Part shown: piece by piece, positions 38,970 to 51,252 of the stretch
Position numbering within the stretch: position 1 is the stretch's first letter
How the letters are laid out: every line of letters starts with the position of its first letter
Assembly (NCBI GenBank): GCA_965644295.1
Contig: CBFFRP010000376.1
Location: 124,001 to 188,000, forward strand
Origin: Paraphysomonas bandaiensis
Lineage: Eukaryota; Protista; Chrysophyceae
Direction: 5' to 3'
Length of the DNA: 64,000 bases
Notes under the pieces: model-generated
The model's database searches: none
Seen by the model: the letters and a program-made list of their open reading frames with translations, nothing else
What the model was told of the DNA's origin: nothing
Program-made: the position numbers and the translations under genes

Positions 38970-39707
38970 ATCGATACGACTCGCACCCTCTTATCTACAG
39001 GTTCACCACCCCTAATATAGATGATGATCAGTTAACAGAACTTCGTTCGCCCAAGTGTTCTGCTATGGATAGAGGTGAGGTGAGGTGATTATATGGGAGC
39101 ATGTCCGTGCAGTGGAGATCGTACACTGTGCCTCATACACTGCACACAGCAGCACCGGCTGCATGTATACACACTATCCTGTATATTATTTTTTGCTGTT
39201 CTATTTGCACGACGATATTATAGAAATCGCAGATTTTATGAGAATTTTAGGATGCTTGAGTATATAACTCTTAAAATTGCGGAATTATGGAAAAACTCCC
39301 TTTTTCAGTGAGAAAATACATCAAACGAAATTTAAATTTTTATGTTCGAAATCTAGAATGAATATAAGGGAATACGTAAAATACAAATACACCTCCGAAT
39401 TTCTACAAAAGAGAGTGTATGAGATTACGTGTCAATAACCCGCACAAATGCCTATCCAAAGAGAGTGTATGCGAAGGTGTTTTACTGTGAGCCACAAAAA
39501 CAGGTGCATGTATACCTTCGCGACAGTACGCATCATCAGTCTATAGGACTCTCCACACTATGGTATACGTGTGCGTGTGTGTTGCGGACACACCATAACA
39601 ATATTTCGATTGCAACTGCATCCATAATTACGCCACACAGCGCGAATAGGTGGGTGAGCTATCCATATATCTAGCAGCATATTCCTATAGCATATTCGGT
39701 GAGAGTT

Positions 39708-40400
39708 ATGGCAGTGTGGATGGCTCTGAGAACAGTTAAACTCCCCTCTTTAATTCATGCCTATTTCCAGAAGCGCCCTGTGTTGGCTAACTCATGTTCA
39801 GGGTTTGCAACCTTTGCCGTAGGCGACATCTTGTCTCAAGTAGTGGCACAGAGTAGCGAGGGAAATAACTCGGCGACTGTTGATATTTGGCGCGCCGCGC
39901 GAACTGGCACTGTCGGCGTGTTTATGAATGGGTTCATGCTACACTTCTGGTACAGGTCTCTAGATGTTGTGTTTGGGTCGGCCATGAAAAGCGTGAAAAT
40001 GGTTGTTTATAAATGCATGGCTGATCAATTGGTGTACGCGCCATTTTCTATTGCTATCTTTTTCTCGTATGCGTCGATTAACAAGGGTGGTTCTATTCGT
40101 GAAATGTTCGACACCATGACAAAAAAATCCAGCGAATCTTTTTTTGAAACCTGGGCAGCTGATTGCATGATCTGGCCCTGGGTTAACTTCCTTAATTTTC
40201 GGTTTGTACCAATCTACTTGCGCCCTACATTTATTGGAATGGCGCAAGTCATGTGGCAGACATATCTTTCCACTGTGGGCCATAAGGAATGTGCTATTGA
40301 TATTGAGAGTATCATTCCAGCCGAATCTAATGCGGAAGACGAGCATTGTAGTACTATTCCTGTTGGGGAATCTACAGAGCTCAAGCCACACTTGACTTGA
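39708..40400 (+). CDS. Mpv17/PMP22 family membrane protein
   Basis: Motifs RPVLANS..G...AVGDILSQ, HFWYRSLD, KCMADQLVYAP, IWPWVNFLNFRFVP and WQTYLS. Confidence 0.93.
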   Translation: MAVWMALRTVKLPSLIHAYFQKRPVLANSCSGFATFAVGDILSQVVAQSSEGNNSATVDIWRAARTGTVGVFMNGFMLHFWYRSLDVVFGSAMKSVKMVVYKCMADQLVYAPFSIAIFFSYASINKGGSIREMFDTMTKKSSESFFETWAADCMIWPWVNFLNFRFVPIYLRPTFIGMAQVMWQTYLSTVGHKECAIDIESIIPAESNAEDEHCSTIPVGESTELKPHLT

Positions 40401-41747
40401 ACCGAGTACCCGTGGCATGAATGAGTTTTTGTGGTGTGTTTCTTTTTCTGTCTCGATATAGTGAAGACAGGTATGTATGTGTTGTAGCAAGTATGCAGCA
40501 TACGATATATATATGATAAGAGTTTTGATATTGGATGTGGAAGTGGTACAGTGTTATGCTGTCTGTATGTTTGTGTTGTGATTTGGAGGAAACGTTTTTT
40601 GCCGCGTGTGTCACAGTCAGTGAAGTTTTAAGTCTTGTGGCGATATTTCTCCTTTGTAGTGTTCCGTTGTCGTGCTTGTAGACTTAAAAGTGTGATATAT
40701 GTAATAAAAAAGTGTGATATGTGTAATAAAGTGTTGTGGTGCACAAATATTATCCTTTGGGTGTGGGAAAATGAAGTGACTCTGATTCGGAAGATATCTC
40801 GTCTGTCTCCTGGAATGAATATATCTAGGAATATACATTCGAGGAAAGATATACATTATTTCCATAGAATCTCGTAAATATATATTTGCTATAGAAAAAA
40901 ACTAAAATGCATCTTGGGTGTGGATGCTGAATATGGAAAATTTGCAATCACGCCTACAGGGCTGCGATATCAGTTATCAACATTTGACATCTTACCAGTA
41001 GAACAAACAACAAACTTAACAACTGAAGGTAAACTTACACTCAATGCTGTAAATTGTAAATTACATAATATAATAATCAACATCATTTATCATTCAACAA
41101 ATTCATGTTATCCTACCCACCAGTCTTTATGCATATAATCTTCGATTGTCACTCTCTTAACAGTCGATAAATTTTCGTTTCTTCACTACTACAAAGACTG
41201 TTATCATGATATTATGATATTAGCTCTCGTGCTACAGTTAGCCGTTAGCCATTAGCCATTACGGTATTCTTTGAGTAGCGGATATAACTTGAATGCCTTA
41301 ACGTTACAGCTTTTAATTGCTACAAACAGCAACACTCAACAAGCGTAACAATTAATTGGCGAATGTTGTAACCTATTATAGTAGCAATTATTATTTCCTC
41401 CCAATTATTTGATACTAAATCACACGTACTCTACTACCTATACATTGGCTGCCAACATAGTTTGCTCAGTTGCCATTTCATTGTAGCGACAACAACTTAT
41501 GCTAAGGTCATTCGCAAACAACCTGAGCTCTACATACTGCTGAATAATCTTTCAAGTGCTTCGATTGTGGCATGCAAGTGCTTTTGCTTGCAGCAGTATC
41601 GAATTTGCTTGTGTTAAAAAGTACTCGCTTCCGCTGTCTGTTATCATCAATGAATAGCTACGTTGTGCTGAGGTCTTTAACTCTTGCTTTAGCCATAACC
41701 CTCCTCCTCAGAGCACATTCTCCTACAGGACACTCCTGCTTGTTAAA

Positions 41748-42722
41748 CACTTGTGTAGACGTCTTTGGGCCTTGACGTATAAGCAGGCATCCGTAAATGG
41801 GCCCACCTCAGTGCGTCCAGGGTATTAAGATCCCTGCTGAAGTCAAGCATCCGGGCTGTTCACCTTACAGACTCAAAATCCTGAAGTCACCAGATGTCAA
41901 CTATAAACATATATCAACAGTTTGCTTGCTCACAATGCGTTTGCTTTGAGTAATAGATCAAAAGTGGTTGGGCCTTGGGTCTTGCGGTGACGCACAAGCA
42001 GCTTTTGTAACGCTAAATAGATAGTAGGATATTAGGTTAAGCACTAGTCAGTTAAACATTCACTGCTGCTTGTTATTAAAAATTGGCATATTTTTTGAAA
42101 ATAAACCGAAAGAAACAATACAATCCATTGTTTACAATATCTCACATTATTCACTTAATCGAGCGAAAAGCTGGTTCGATAATACATTGCACGAGTGTTG
42201 TATGAGAAAGTGAATGAGATGCCAAGAATCGAATGCAACCTCTTCATTATTCTCATTCACTTTCTCATACAACACTCGTGCAATGTATTATCGAACCAGC
42301 TTTTCGCTCGATTAAGTGAATAATGTGAGATATTGTAAACAATGGATTGTATTGTTTCTTTCGGTTTATTTTCAAAAAATATGCCAATTTTTAATAACAA
42401 GCAGCAGTGAATGTTTAACTGACTAGTGCTTAACCTAATATCCTACTATCTATTTAGCGTTACAAAAGCTGCTTGTGCGTCACCGCAAGACCCAAGGCCC
42501 AACCACTTTTGATCTATTACTCAAAGCAAACGCATTGTGAGCAAGCAAACTGTTGATATATGTTTATAGTTGACATCTGGTGACTTCAGGATTTTGAGTC
42601 TGTAAGGTGAACAGCCCGGATGCTTGACTTCAGCAGGGATCCTAATACCCTGGACACACTGAGGTGGGCCCATTTACGGATGCCTGCTTATACGTCAAGG
42701 CCCAAAGACGTCTACACAAGTG
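41748..42722. repeat. Long near-perfect inverted repeat: 472-bp arms (41748-42219 and 42251-42722) with a 31-bp spacer
   Basis: The arms are reverse complements with two differences seen by eye. Each arm is ~310 bp of type C element plus ~160 bp of AT-rich flank. Confidence 0.95.
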
Positions 42723-42840
42723 ACCCTTGTACCACACAAGCATTAAGCTTCAGAATAGGCAGAACAGTATATGCTGACTATATATGAGGCTCACGTTATA
42801 GGTTCCCAGAGAAATATCTCCGGTATTTATCCTCCAGAAC
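42414..42840 (-). mobile_element. Type C retroposon copy lacking both extreme ends (mirrored at 41748-42056)
   Basis: Colinear with 11940-12295 and 52150-52480. Confidence 0.8.
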
Positions 42841-42856
42841 CCAGACCACCGCTAAA

Positions 42857-42894
42857 AAGCATTGTTGCTACAATATCAAGCATTGTTGCTACAA
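42857..42894. repeat. 17-bp direct repeat beside the type C 5' junction
   Basis: AAGCATTGTTGCTACAA-TATC-AAGCATTGTTGCTACAA. Confidence 0.9.
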
Positions 42895-43619
42895 CGTCGG
42901 GAAGAGAATACATATTTTTTTAAATCATAGAAGTAGTAGTTACAGAAACAGTATTACACTCGAATATGAAATAAATTTGTTTTGTGTAAATCATTGATTT
43001 TTTATACAATAAATGAGAAGCTGGTTTCAGCAGGCCTATATCTCAAACGATAGTCGGATAGTACTTGTAACAAGGCGCATGCATTCATTACAAATATATA
43101 TTGCGATTTTACAAGAAACAAGCAGACTCAACAACTCACATGAAGTACCCTTCAATCCAAAGTTCCCTTCTATTGTATCCCCTGCACAGATTGTGGTTTA
43201 TTTCAATATAGATCCCCAGCTACTGCTTGAAGTGCATCATTAGCGCCATATAACTTTGGCTCAATATACAGCAAAAGCACTTTATCAAGTGGCAGCACCT
43301 CGACAGTGCGCGGCAACAGCTGTAACGAAGAATGGATTCAATTATAAAGATATCATCCTGTATGATCTACCAGCTGGTAACCAATGCACAGGTGAGATCT
43401 TGGGTGAGAAGGATGCAAAAGGAAGCTCACTGATAATGCCGGTAGAGGATTGAGACACACCGATCAAGCAACCACGCAGACAAAAGACTCAACAAGTGAA
43501 AGTGCTTGCTATCGAACTAAGTGTATGATATTTTTCCAATAAAATCAAGAAACAAGGTATCAAAGACTACATTATTCTATCGTTTTTCTTGTGGTGTTAG
43601 CTCAAACGCTATTACGCTA

Positions 43620-44423
43620 TCACCGCATCTTTCCTCTTCCCTTCTTCCTATTGTATGTTTTGTTTTTTGCTTCCCTCACCCACTCCTCCTCATGGACAGG
43701 CATAAGATCTAATCGCCTTCCGCCCTCATAAATAGGATCTCTCCCACCCAGTGGTATAGTCCAGGAAAGTGTGTACTGGCCACCGTTCTCTGCATTCACA
43801 TCTCGACTCAATATATATATATAATTCACAGGAAATTTTACACTTTCCCAGGATTCCTGTTGGATGCTGGCTTGCACTTGAGCTTCATTTTTAGAGGTGG
43901 TATGGGTCACCGTCATATGTGGAGCAAATGGCCTTGCTGGCCGGGCTATCTCAGTATATTCAGGAATGGTATTAATACATGTATTATATATCTGCTGTAA
44001 CGGAGATTCTTCTGATGCGCCAATCACGGATGGTTTCAACCATAGGACCCCACGGTCTTTCCCACCAAAGCAGTCAAACTCTGATAGTTCAATTTCGAAT
44101 GGTTGGATGGATTCTAAGGACTGAGCGAGTGCAGTGACACTCTCTAGAGCATCAATGGTCGAGAAGTCAATGAACGGATACAGCAAATTTATATGCGGCG
44201 GCCATCTATAGTAGCCCTTATCTTTTAACTTATGCCTCAAGCCATTGAGCTGTTCCCATACATCTTCCATTGCAGGGGGAGGGATGACTGCGAGGCTGCT
44301 GTGATGAACTAAACGACGACTCATATCAGCAGATTTGCTCTTCTGTGATGCCACTGCAGATAGGCTTTGTTTTCGGATCGTTGATTGAATTATCTGATGA
44401 GTTTTGCTTGAAAGTATAGTCAT
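43620..44423 (-). CDS. Stand-alone 2H phosphoesterase (2'-5' RNA ligase-like, LENG9/AKAP7-type)
   Basis: Two 2H motifs, RWPPHINLLYPF and FAPHMTV, plus F...F...GVLWLKP. Confidence 0.85.
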   Translation of the reverse strand: MTILSSKTHQIIQSTIRKQSLSAVASQKSKSADMSRRLVHHSSLAVIPPPAMEDVWEQLNGLRHKLKDKGYYRWPPHINLLYPFIDFSTIDALESVTALAQSLESIQPFEIELSEFDCFGGKDRGVLWLKPSVIGASEESPLQQIYNTCINTIPEYTEIARPARPFAPHMTVTHTTSKNEAQVQASIQQESWESVKFPVNYIYILSRDVNAENGGQYTLSWTIPLGGRDPIYEGGRRLDLMPVHEEEWVREAKNKTYNRKKGRGKMR

Positions 44424-44813
44424 TTGAATGGATATGGTATAAATATGGTGTAGATGTGATACAGTAGCTATGGCTCCACTAGCTACTGTAGTTTGCCTGT
44501 TTTAGACCTATATATGCTTCTAATTTCCTAATATCCGCGTTTTATATAGGGTGAATTTATGTGAATTTTTATACTATCTTTCAATCAGGACGTACTTGTA
44601 CTTCCTGTACACCGACACCCGTGTAGAAGTACAGTAGTTGTGATTCAGTCAGTACAAGTTGCGATGTGAATATACTGCTACATGTGCTGTGCAGTGCTGC
44701 TCGACATACACATACAGTTGCTGTCAAATCTTCTGACCGCTGCATTGAAAGGACTCAACAGGCCACAACACATTGAGCGTAGTGGCAGTCCATCTCCATC
44801 CCTGTAAGCCAAC

Positions 44814-46741
44814 ATGAAACAAGCTCTTAGGAATGGTCATCACCCCTCTCGATATAAATCATGGGACGGTCGCTCGATGTGTATATATCTCCTCTTCTTC
44901 CTCTTCTCATTCACATGGATACTCGCTGTTGTCAAGGTACTCATGCTTGAGAAGTCTCGATTCAAGCCGGCTACTGTAGTGTACAATAAGCTCACGACGA
45001 ATGTGTTGGAGCCGCAGAGGGGGAAGTATGTGACAGTGGACCCGAGCACAGCCCTGGATATAAAGAAGAGCGATACACAAAATAGTGGAGGAGACACGAA
45101 GCCTAAGCCCATTACCTTGCGTCGGGCTCAACAACCGAAAGAAGTACAACCTGTTGTAAGTGTGACTCCAGTAACGCCACCACGAATGGAGCTAAAGTGG
45201 CCTCCAGTTCTCTCCAACGGATCTATTCCTGTGAATGATGGGAGTGATGTTATGCCTTTAACTGGAATCAAGGTACCGAAATTCTGGACTCCACCAGAAA
45301 ATGTGCCATTAGAGAAAACTGGATCCAAGGTGAATGGTGTGGAGACGATATTTCTCATGATTGCAAGCTACCGCGATTTCCAGTGCCGTGAGACTATTGC
45401 GTCCGCGTTTTCTATGGCAGATCACCCTGAGGCTCTCTACATTGGAGCTGCTGACCAAGTTTCGAACGGAGACATCTCGTGCACGCAGACTGATACGTCT
45501 TGTGAGGAGGATCCATCACAGTTGCTCTGTAAGTACCGAGATCAGATCGCTGTATACACGATGGCCGCTGAGATGGCCACCGGCCCAGTTACCGCAAGAC
45601 ACATAGGAGATCGACTTTACCGCGGGCAATACTTCGTGATGCAGATGGATGCCCATTGCACATTTGTGAAGCACTGGGACACTCAAATAAAAGACCAATG
45701 GAGACAGACCCATAACGAAATGGCTGTCCTCTCCTCCTATCTCTCGGACGTACAGAATTCTATAGATGCCAACGGCAAGAGTCGACGGAACACCCGCCCA
45801 ATAATGTGCAATAGTGCGTTCGAGGGAATAATGCCTGCGCGCTATCTTCGACACGGATCTCAGCCGGAAGACTACGCTGTTGTTCGGGACATGCCTCAAT
45901 TGGAGCCATTCTGGGCAGCAGGGTTTTCTTTCTCACGGGGACACTTCAAGGTTCGCGTCCCGTATGATGGTAGACAGCCTATGGTTTTCCAGGTGGAGCC
46001 CAATGTGCTGAGTTCTACTAACCCTAACGATGTATTTTTATTTAGGGTGAAGAAATATCGATTGGGATTCGGGGATTCACTCATGGCTACGATTTCTATG
46101 CTCCTCGGGACTCCGTCGTTTTCCACGAATATGCAGAACGCTCCTCCCGACGCAAGAAAATTCATATGTTTTGGGAAAATTCCCCTAAGCATCAGGGGGA
46201 AGGAAAAAAGAGTCTTATGAGAAGCATGGCGATCATAAAGATGGCTCCTGATATCGCAGACTCGGAGTGGGATCACACTGAGATTGATAGATATGGAGTC
46301 GGTAATGGTAAGTATGAAATCGCTATGTATGCGCTTTCAGACGTGTCTAAATCTTGTTTTCACTGTACAGTGCGGTCAGTGGAGTTATTTTATAAACTTT
46401 TCCTCATTGATACCAAGAACCGCCAGTCAGTACAGCTTTGCCCCTTCGTGAAAAATGGCGGTATGCATAAGGAGTTCCAGAAGTATTTGCGGAATGATGG
46501 ACTAGGGATCGATTACTCTCACCTTGAGAACTTTGACACTAGTGCGTACATAGAGAAAGTTTTTGAGTCTCAACGGGGTCCTGGGGAAAAGATGATCCGC
46601 TCCGCGATGGAGAAGAATAATATGAATAGCTTGGAGTGGGCCTTAGAAAACGCGAGACGTATTGGAATCGATAAGAAAAACCCTGATTTATACTCCGAGG
46701 GGTCGAAGAAATTGCAGCAGTTGAAAACTGGCGGGAAGTAG
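44814..46741 (+). CDS. GT60-family alpha-GlcNAc transferase, type II membrane topology (3 exons)
   Basis: N-terminal TM (IYLLFFLFSFTWILAVV) and stem, then TIFLMIASYRD..C, GPVTAR, MQMDAH..F...WD, FWAAGFSF, VPYD and FQ|GEEISIGIRGFTHGYDFYAP after removing intron ~45993-46045. Confidence 0.9.
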
Positions 46742-47847
46742 TCGTGCCTTATAGAAGTATAGTAGAATTTAGCGTGACACTGTGTGTGGACGAAAATGTG
46801 TTGCGTTGTGCTAGATACGACTTTATCGTCACTATTGGGATTATTTATTGCTTAATAATATTATTTGTTGTTGTTTTCACACCCGCCTGTACAAGCGAAA
46901 GACTGGAATACTTTTGTGTCGATACTACTTGGTTGTGTGTTACTATATCACTTTCTGTGTCTTTTACTGATCATCGCTTACACACACATAACATCAACAA
47001 AGTAACTATATTTGAAATCTCGTGCGTATCATACGATATGTCAAATGCGGAAGTCCTCATGATGTTGAAAACCTAATATATCTAGAATTTATAGCTATTG
47101 GTTGCTTGCTTGCTAGGAAGCAGGATAGGTGTTCCGTGATTAACAAAACAAACAAAAGTCAAAATATTGTTTCGAATTAGTGGTATTTGAATGGGGAGTG
47201 GAAATTGTACTAGATTAACACAAAAAACTGAATGCTCAAATTTCAACAATAGCTACTACAAGTATACCCCTACCAGGGATAGGAAACAATATATTGCGAT
47301 TTTTGTACATCACGCTTAACCTCTTCTAGTGCAACTCGCTTAAATGTTGTGTGTATGTGTGTTTGACATGATGAATAAGCACGACGTGACCCAATCGCTG
47401 ATAGTACTAGGTGCCACTGGTACAACTCACCTTTAGCATCAAATGTGACTTTGAACTCTTCAGTAATATTCTTGAAGTTGCTGTGCTGGGTCAGAGTTGT
47501 CAACGCAATTACTATTAACTTAAGTTGCTAAAGGAGTTAAATTTCTACAGAAGTAGTTAAAAATAGCAGTATAAACCACGAACTACCTCTCCGCATGAGA
47601 AGCTTCTCGTAAATTTTTGAAGCCTGAGGGTTTGATCATTTGTCCGTATTGCACGAGCTTCAACGCGTATCGTATATCACAGTAAGCATCAGTTTCAAAA
47701 ATGGAGTCCGCAAAGCTTTACTCATTATTATTCAATCACAATTATTCAAACAACACGAGTACTAATATTTTTCTTCAATTATTTATAAGTCTTGATGTCA
47801 GCTCAATAACAAATGCAAAATAGAAGGTCACAGGCTGTCGACAAGTG

Positions 47848-48843
47848 TTAATTATTCCTACCGAGTCTGTACATGTAGCTACACCGATGTGTGGGATCAA
47901 TCTCGCATAAGTTGTCAAGCATACGTTGTCGCTGATGCATTTTCTCTTCTCTATCATGCCCTTGTACATTCAGTGATTCCATAACATCGATCAAGAAAAT
48001 GATTGTCATCATAGCCCATTTACTAGACTCCTCTACCTCCAACAACCCCTGCATCACTTCCAGCTGATGACTCAAAGTATTGTACAATGACATTTCATCT
48101 AGGCATCTATCCCGCACAAATTTCACAAGGAAGTGATAGTACCACCATGCACTTTGATCATCTGGCTCGGTGAATACAGCATTTTCAATTATCGAAAATT
48201 CCTCCTCAAACACATTGTTGAGGTCACCTAACACTTCATTAGCAAAGAGATCTTTGATATAAACACTGCGGTGATGGAAAGCACTATAATTTGAAAAATT
48301 TTCACATATTTTCTCAGTCGAATACTCAAATTCAGCTTTCGGCGATATATTACCAACCGACACAAGATGTCTCCTGTAGTTCCAGCAGTGGAAGTTCCTC
48401 TGGTCGGCAGTGAGGAATTTATTACACAATACGAGTTCTGATGCGATGTCTACATCCAGTCTTTCAAGTACCCACACGCGATGATACCAACCACAATATG
48501 ACTTTGGGTTTTTGGTAATAGCTGCAGCACTAAGAGATAACTCCATATCGATAATCTCAGCGCCCACATCACGGCTAATCTTAGTTGATGGTTTCGCTAA
48601 ACCAAGCCCAATACTAGAGTAGAGGGATATCAATATTTCCCTCCGATAGTTCCATAGTGAGTAGGAGTCAGGATTCTTCTTTAAAATCTGTCCGGTGAGC
48701 TCAAGTGTTTCTTGACTGTAATTCTTGTTACTCCTGTGCGCCTGAACTATGCCCACCAGAGCACTGTAGGTCTTAGCCTTCTGTCTATCAGAGGCTATCT
48801 CCTCCGCCGATGGCGGCCTGTCCATCTTCGATCTGCCGTGCAT
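47848..48843 (-). CDS. RABGGTA: Rab geranylgeranyltransferase (type II) alpha subunit
   Basis: MHGR start, PPTA repeats (NPDSYSLWNYRR, NPKSYCGWYHR, DQRNFHCWNYRR, NFSNYSAFHHR), AVFTEPDDQSAWWY and IDPTHR..Y. Confidence 0.96.
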   Translation of the reverse strand: MHGRSKMDRPPSAEEIASDRQKAKTYSALVGIVQAHRSNKNYSQETLELTGQILKKNPDSYSLWNYRREILISLYSSIGLGLAKPSTKISRDVGAEIIDMELSLSAAAITKNPKSYCGWYHRVWVLERLDVDIASELVLCNKFLTADQRNFHCWNYRRHLVSVGNISPKAEFEYSTEKICENFSNYSAFHHRSVYIKDLFANEVLGDLNNVFEEEFSIIENAVFTEPDDQSAWWYYHFLVKFVRDRCLDEMSLYNTLSHQLEVMQGLLEVEESSKWAMMTIIFLIDVMESLNVQGHDREEKMHQRQRMLDNLCEIDPTHRCSYMYRLGRNN

Positions 48844-48917
48844 TGGAGTTGTATGGTATTGATAAGTCGCTTAATAGTGTGGATAATTGGAGCCAACGCA
48901 ATCCCAACACAACAAAC

Positions 48918-49339
48918 ACATACATACATACATACATACATACATACATACATACATACATACATACATACATACATACATACATACATACATACATACA
49001 TACATACATACATACATACATACATACATACATACATACATACATACATACATACATACATACATACATACATACATACATACATACATACATACATACA
49101 TACATACATACATACATACATACATACATACATACATACATACATACATACATACATACATACATACATACATACATACATACATACATACATACATACA
49201 TACATACATACATACATACATACATACATACATACATACATACATACATACATACATACATACATACATACATACATACATACATACATACATACATACA
49301 TACATACATACATACATACATACATACATACATACATAC
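48918..49339. repeat. Perfect (CATA)n/(TATG)n microsatellite, ~105 units
   Basis: Uninterrupted 4-bp period over ~422 bp. Confidence 0.99.
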
Positions 49340-49507
49340 GTATAGTGGTATACAGGCCTTCGATTGTCCACTATTTTCTAGGCGTGTGGGAGATGAAACA
49401 CTGACAGGTGAAGTTAATTCTATCCATCTCCCTCACCAATTTTTCCACATTCACTACCACTTTAGGAGTGATAAGTCATCACCCTATCGAGGTGATCGTG
49501 TACAGCC

Positions 49508-50559
49508 ATGCGAGTGAATAGAGCCAAACAATACAGAAAGTTTTTACGGTTTTATAAGATAGTGTATGGCGTGAGTGCCCCTTATCATGTACGTGTAGAT
49601 GCAGGCGGATATTGTTAATAGGATGACTGTGTTATGGCTGTCAGATTATTCTTGATGGCAATTTTATATATGCTGCCGTGAAGTTCAAAGTCGACATCGA
49701 GGAGAGAATCCGAAAAGTGTTACAGGGAGAGTCTGTCACTTTGTACGTCACAAAATCTACGCTCAATGAACTATCTTCACTGGGAACGAAAACAAAGTTA
49801 GCATTAGAATTCGCCCAGAGGCACTGTATTGAGCTGAATGATATGTCCTTTCCAGGAGAAGTGGCCAGCGAAAAACTAGTTGCGTTTTTAGGTCAGTAGA
49901 TCTCAGTAACAATTGTGTTGTTATGTATGTTAATGCAGTTGATTCTTCCCATGAGCGGAAAGGGAGTCAAAGAAAGTATGTAGTTGCGTCACAAGACAGA
50001 GAGTTAAGGATATCTGTGAGTAGAGCAATTGCAGGGGTCCCACTATTGTATTTGAATAAAGGTTGTGTTCCGCAAAAAAAATGATAGTTTTGATTCCCAA
50101 CTATCTGTAGTTACTCTTGTACTGGAACCACCTGCTGGTAAATCGCGTGATGTGAACATGCAGGTAAAGTGCCATTTTGTACAGTATGTCCCTTATTCTT
50201 TTGCAGTTAGAGGATGCTAAGTCGGCGGTTACACCCGATGAAATTGAAGTTCTGAAAATTATCAAGTACGAATTGCTGTTATTCAGGATATAAATAGTTT
50301 TATGAAGTGTGTGTATGGTGTTCTGATATATCAGGGAGCATGGGACTGCTGAAGAGGCCAACTCTGAATCTGCCACCACAGAAAGACGTAAGCGAAAGGC
50401 AACTGCGCCGAATCCTCTGTCCACCAGAAAGGCCGATGAGGTTTGTACTACTACAATAGTTTTGCTGTTTTTATTATTTGTAATATTTGTCGCGCTGTTC
50501 AGCACTCTAAATCAACCAAGAGAAAAAAGGTAGAGAAGTATAGTCGAGGAAGAAAATGA
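49508..50559 (+). CDS. UTP23: rRNA-processing PIN-domain protein UTP23 (multi-exon)
   Basis: Motifs MRVNRAKQYRKFLRFY...PYH|IILDGNF, VASQDRELR...GVPLLY...VLEPP and KRKATAPNPLS, with a basic C-terminal tail. Confidence 0.93.
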
Positions 50560-51252
50560 ACAGGGTACCCTTCTGCATTTATTACGTAGCTCAGAATTTA
50601 GATAACTAAGTGTAGTTATTGTTTTAAGGATTTCATCAATCGAAGTTATTGTGAATCTTAGAGCATCTCATTGTCTATTTGGAGAAAACGGCTGCCCCCT
50701 TGGCTCAAGTATTTGAAGTTGTTAGAGAAAGTAGTCGAAGTGTTGCCGCAGGCGTATTGTACTATTGAACCTAGTCAATATGATTGACGTCGCTCGTCAC
50801 TCTAGGTTGTGGGATTAGCGATGTCGAAAAAGAATACTCGAACTAAGTATTTTTAGTTTATAACCTAGTCACATATTGTGCCGAATCTACAGCTACGCAT
50901 TACGTAACAATGGGGTCATAGAAGTAAGGTCAAATATGTTGAGTATTGCTATACTTTTAGAAACTAAAAGCTGTATTTCAATGTTTTTGTATTAAAAATT
51001 ATACTTGTAGTAGTAGCACGGTATTGACTGAATTACGTTAAGGGAGATATAGTGAAAATTATGATGTTGTAGCACTGTGATTGAGGAACCACGTCAAACA
51101 CCAACATTCTGTTCTACATATCGTATCTTTAACAGCTACTATATTTTCAGGTTCTTTGTATACTTTTAGTAGCTACACCTATAGTGCAGTCATGTATATT
51201 CTGTATTACATCGCTACATAGAATACAGGATAACTACTAGCGATAGGCCTCA

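Noticed and set aside
40890-41035. Exon-like segment GVDAEYGKFAITPTGLRYQLSTFDILPVE
   Set aside because: It looks coding, but I cannot link it to other exons or a family; possibly a relic.
43256-43500. Coding-like segment AQYTAKALYQVAAP...ILYDLPAG
   Set aside because: Short, interrupted by a stop, and has no ATG start or recognisable domain.
48712-49517. ORFs encoding (HTYI)n or (MYVC)n
   Set aside because: Artefacts of the stop-free (CATA)n microsatellite.
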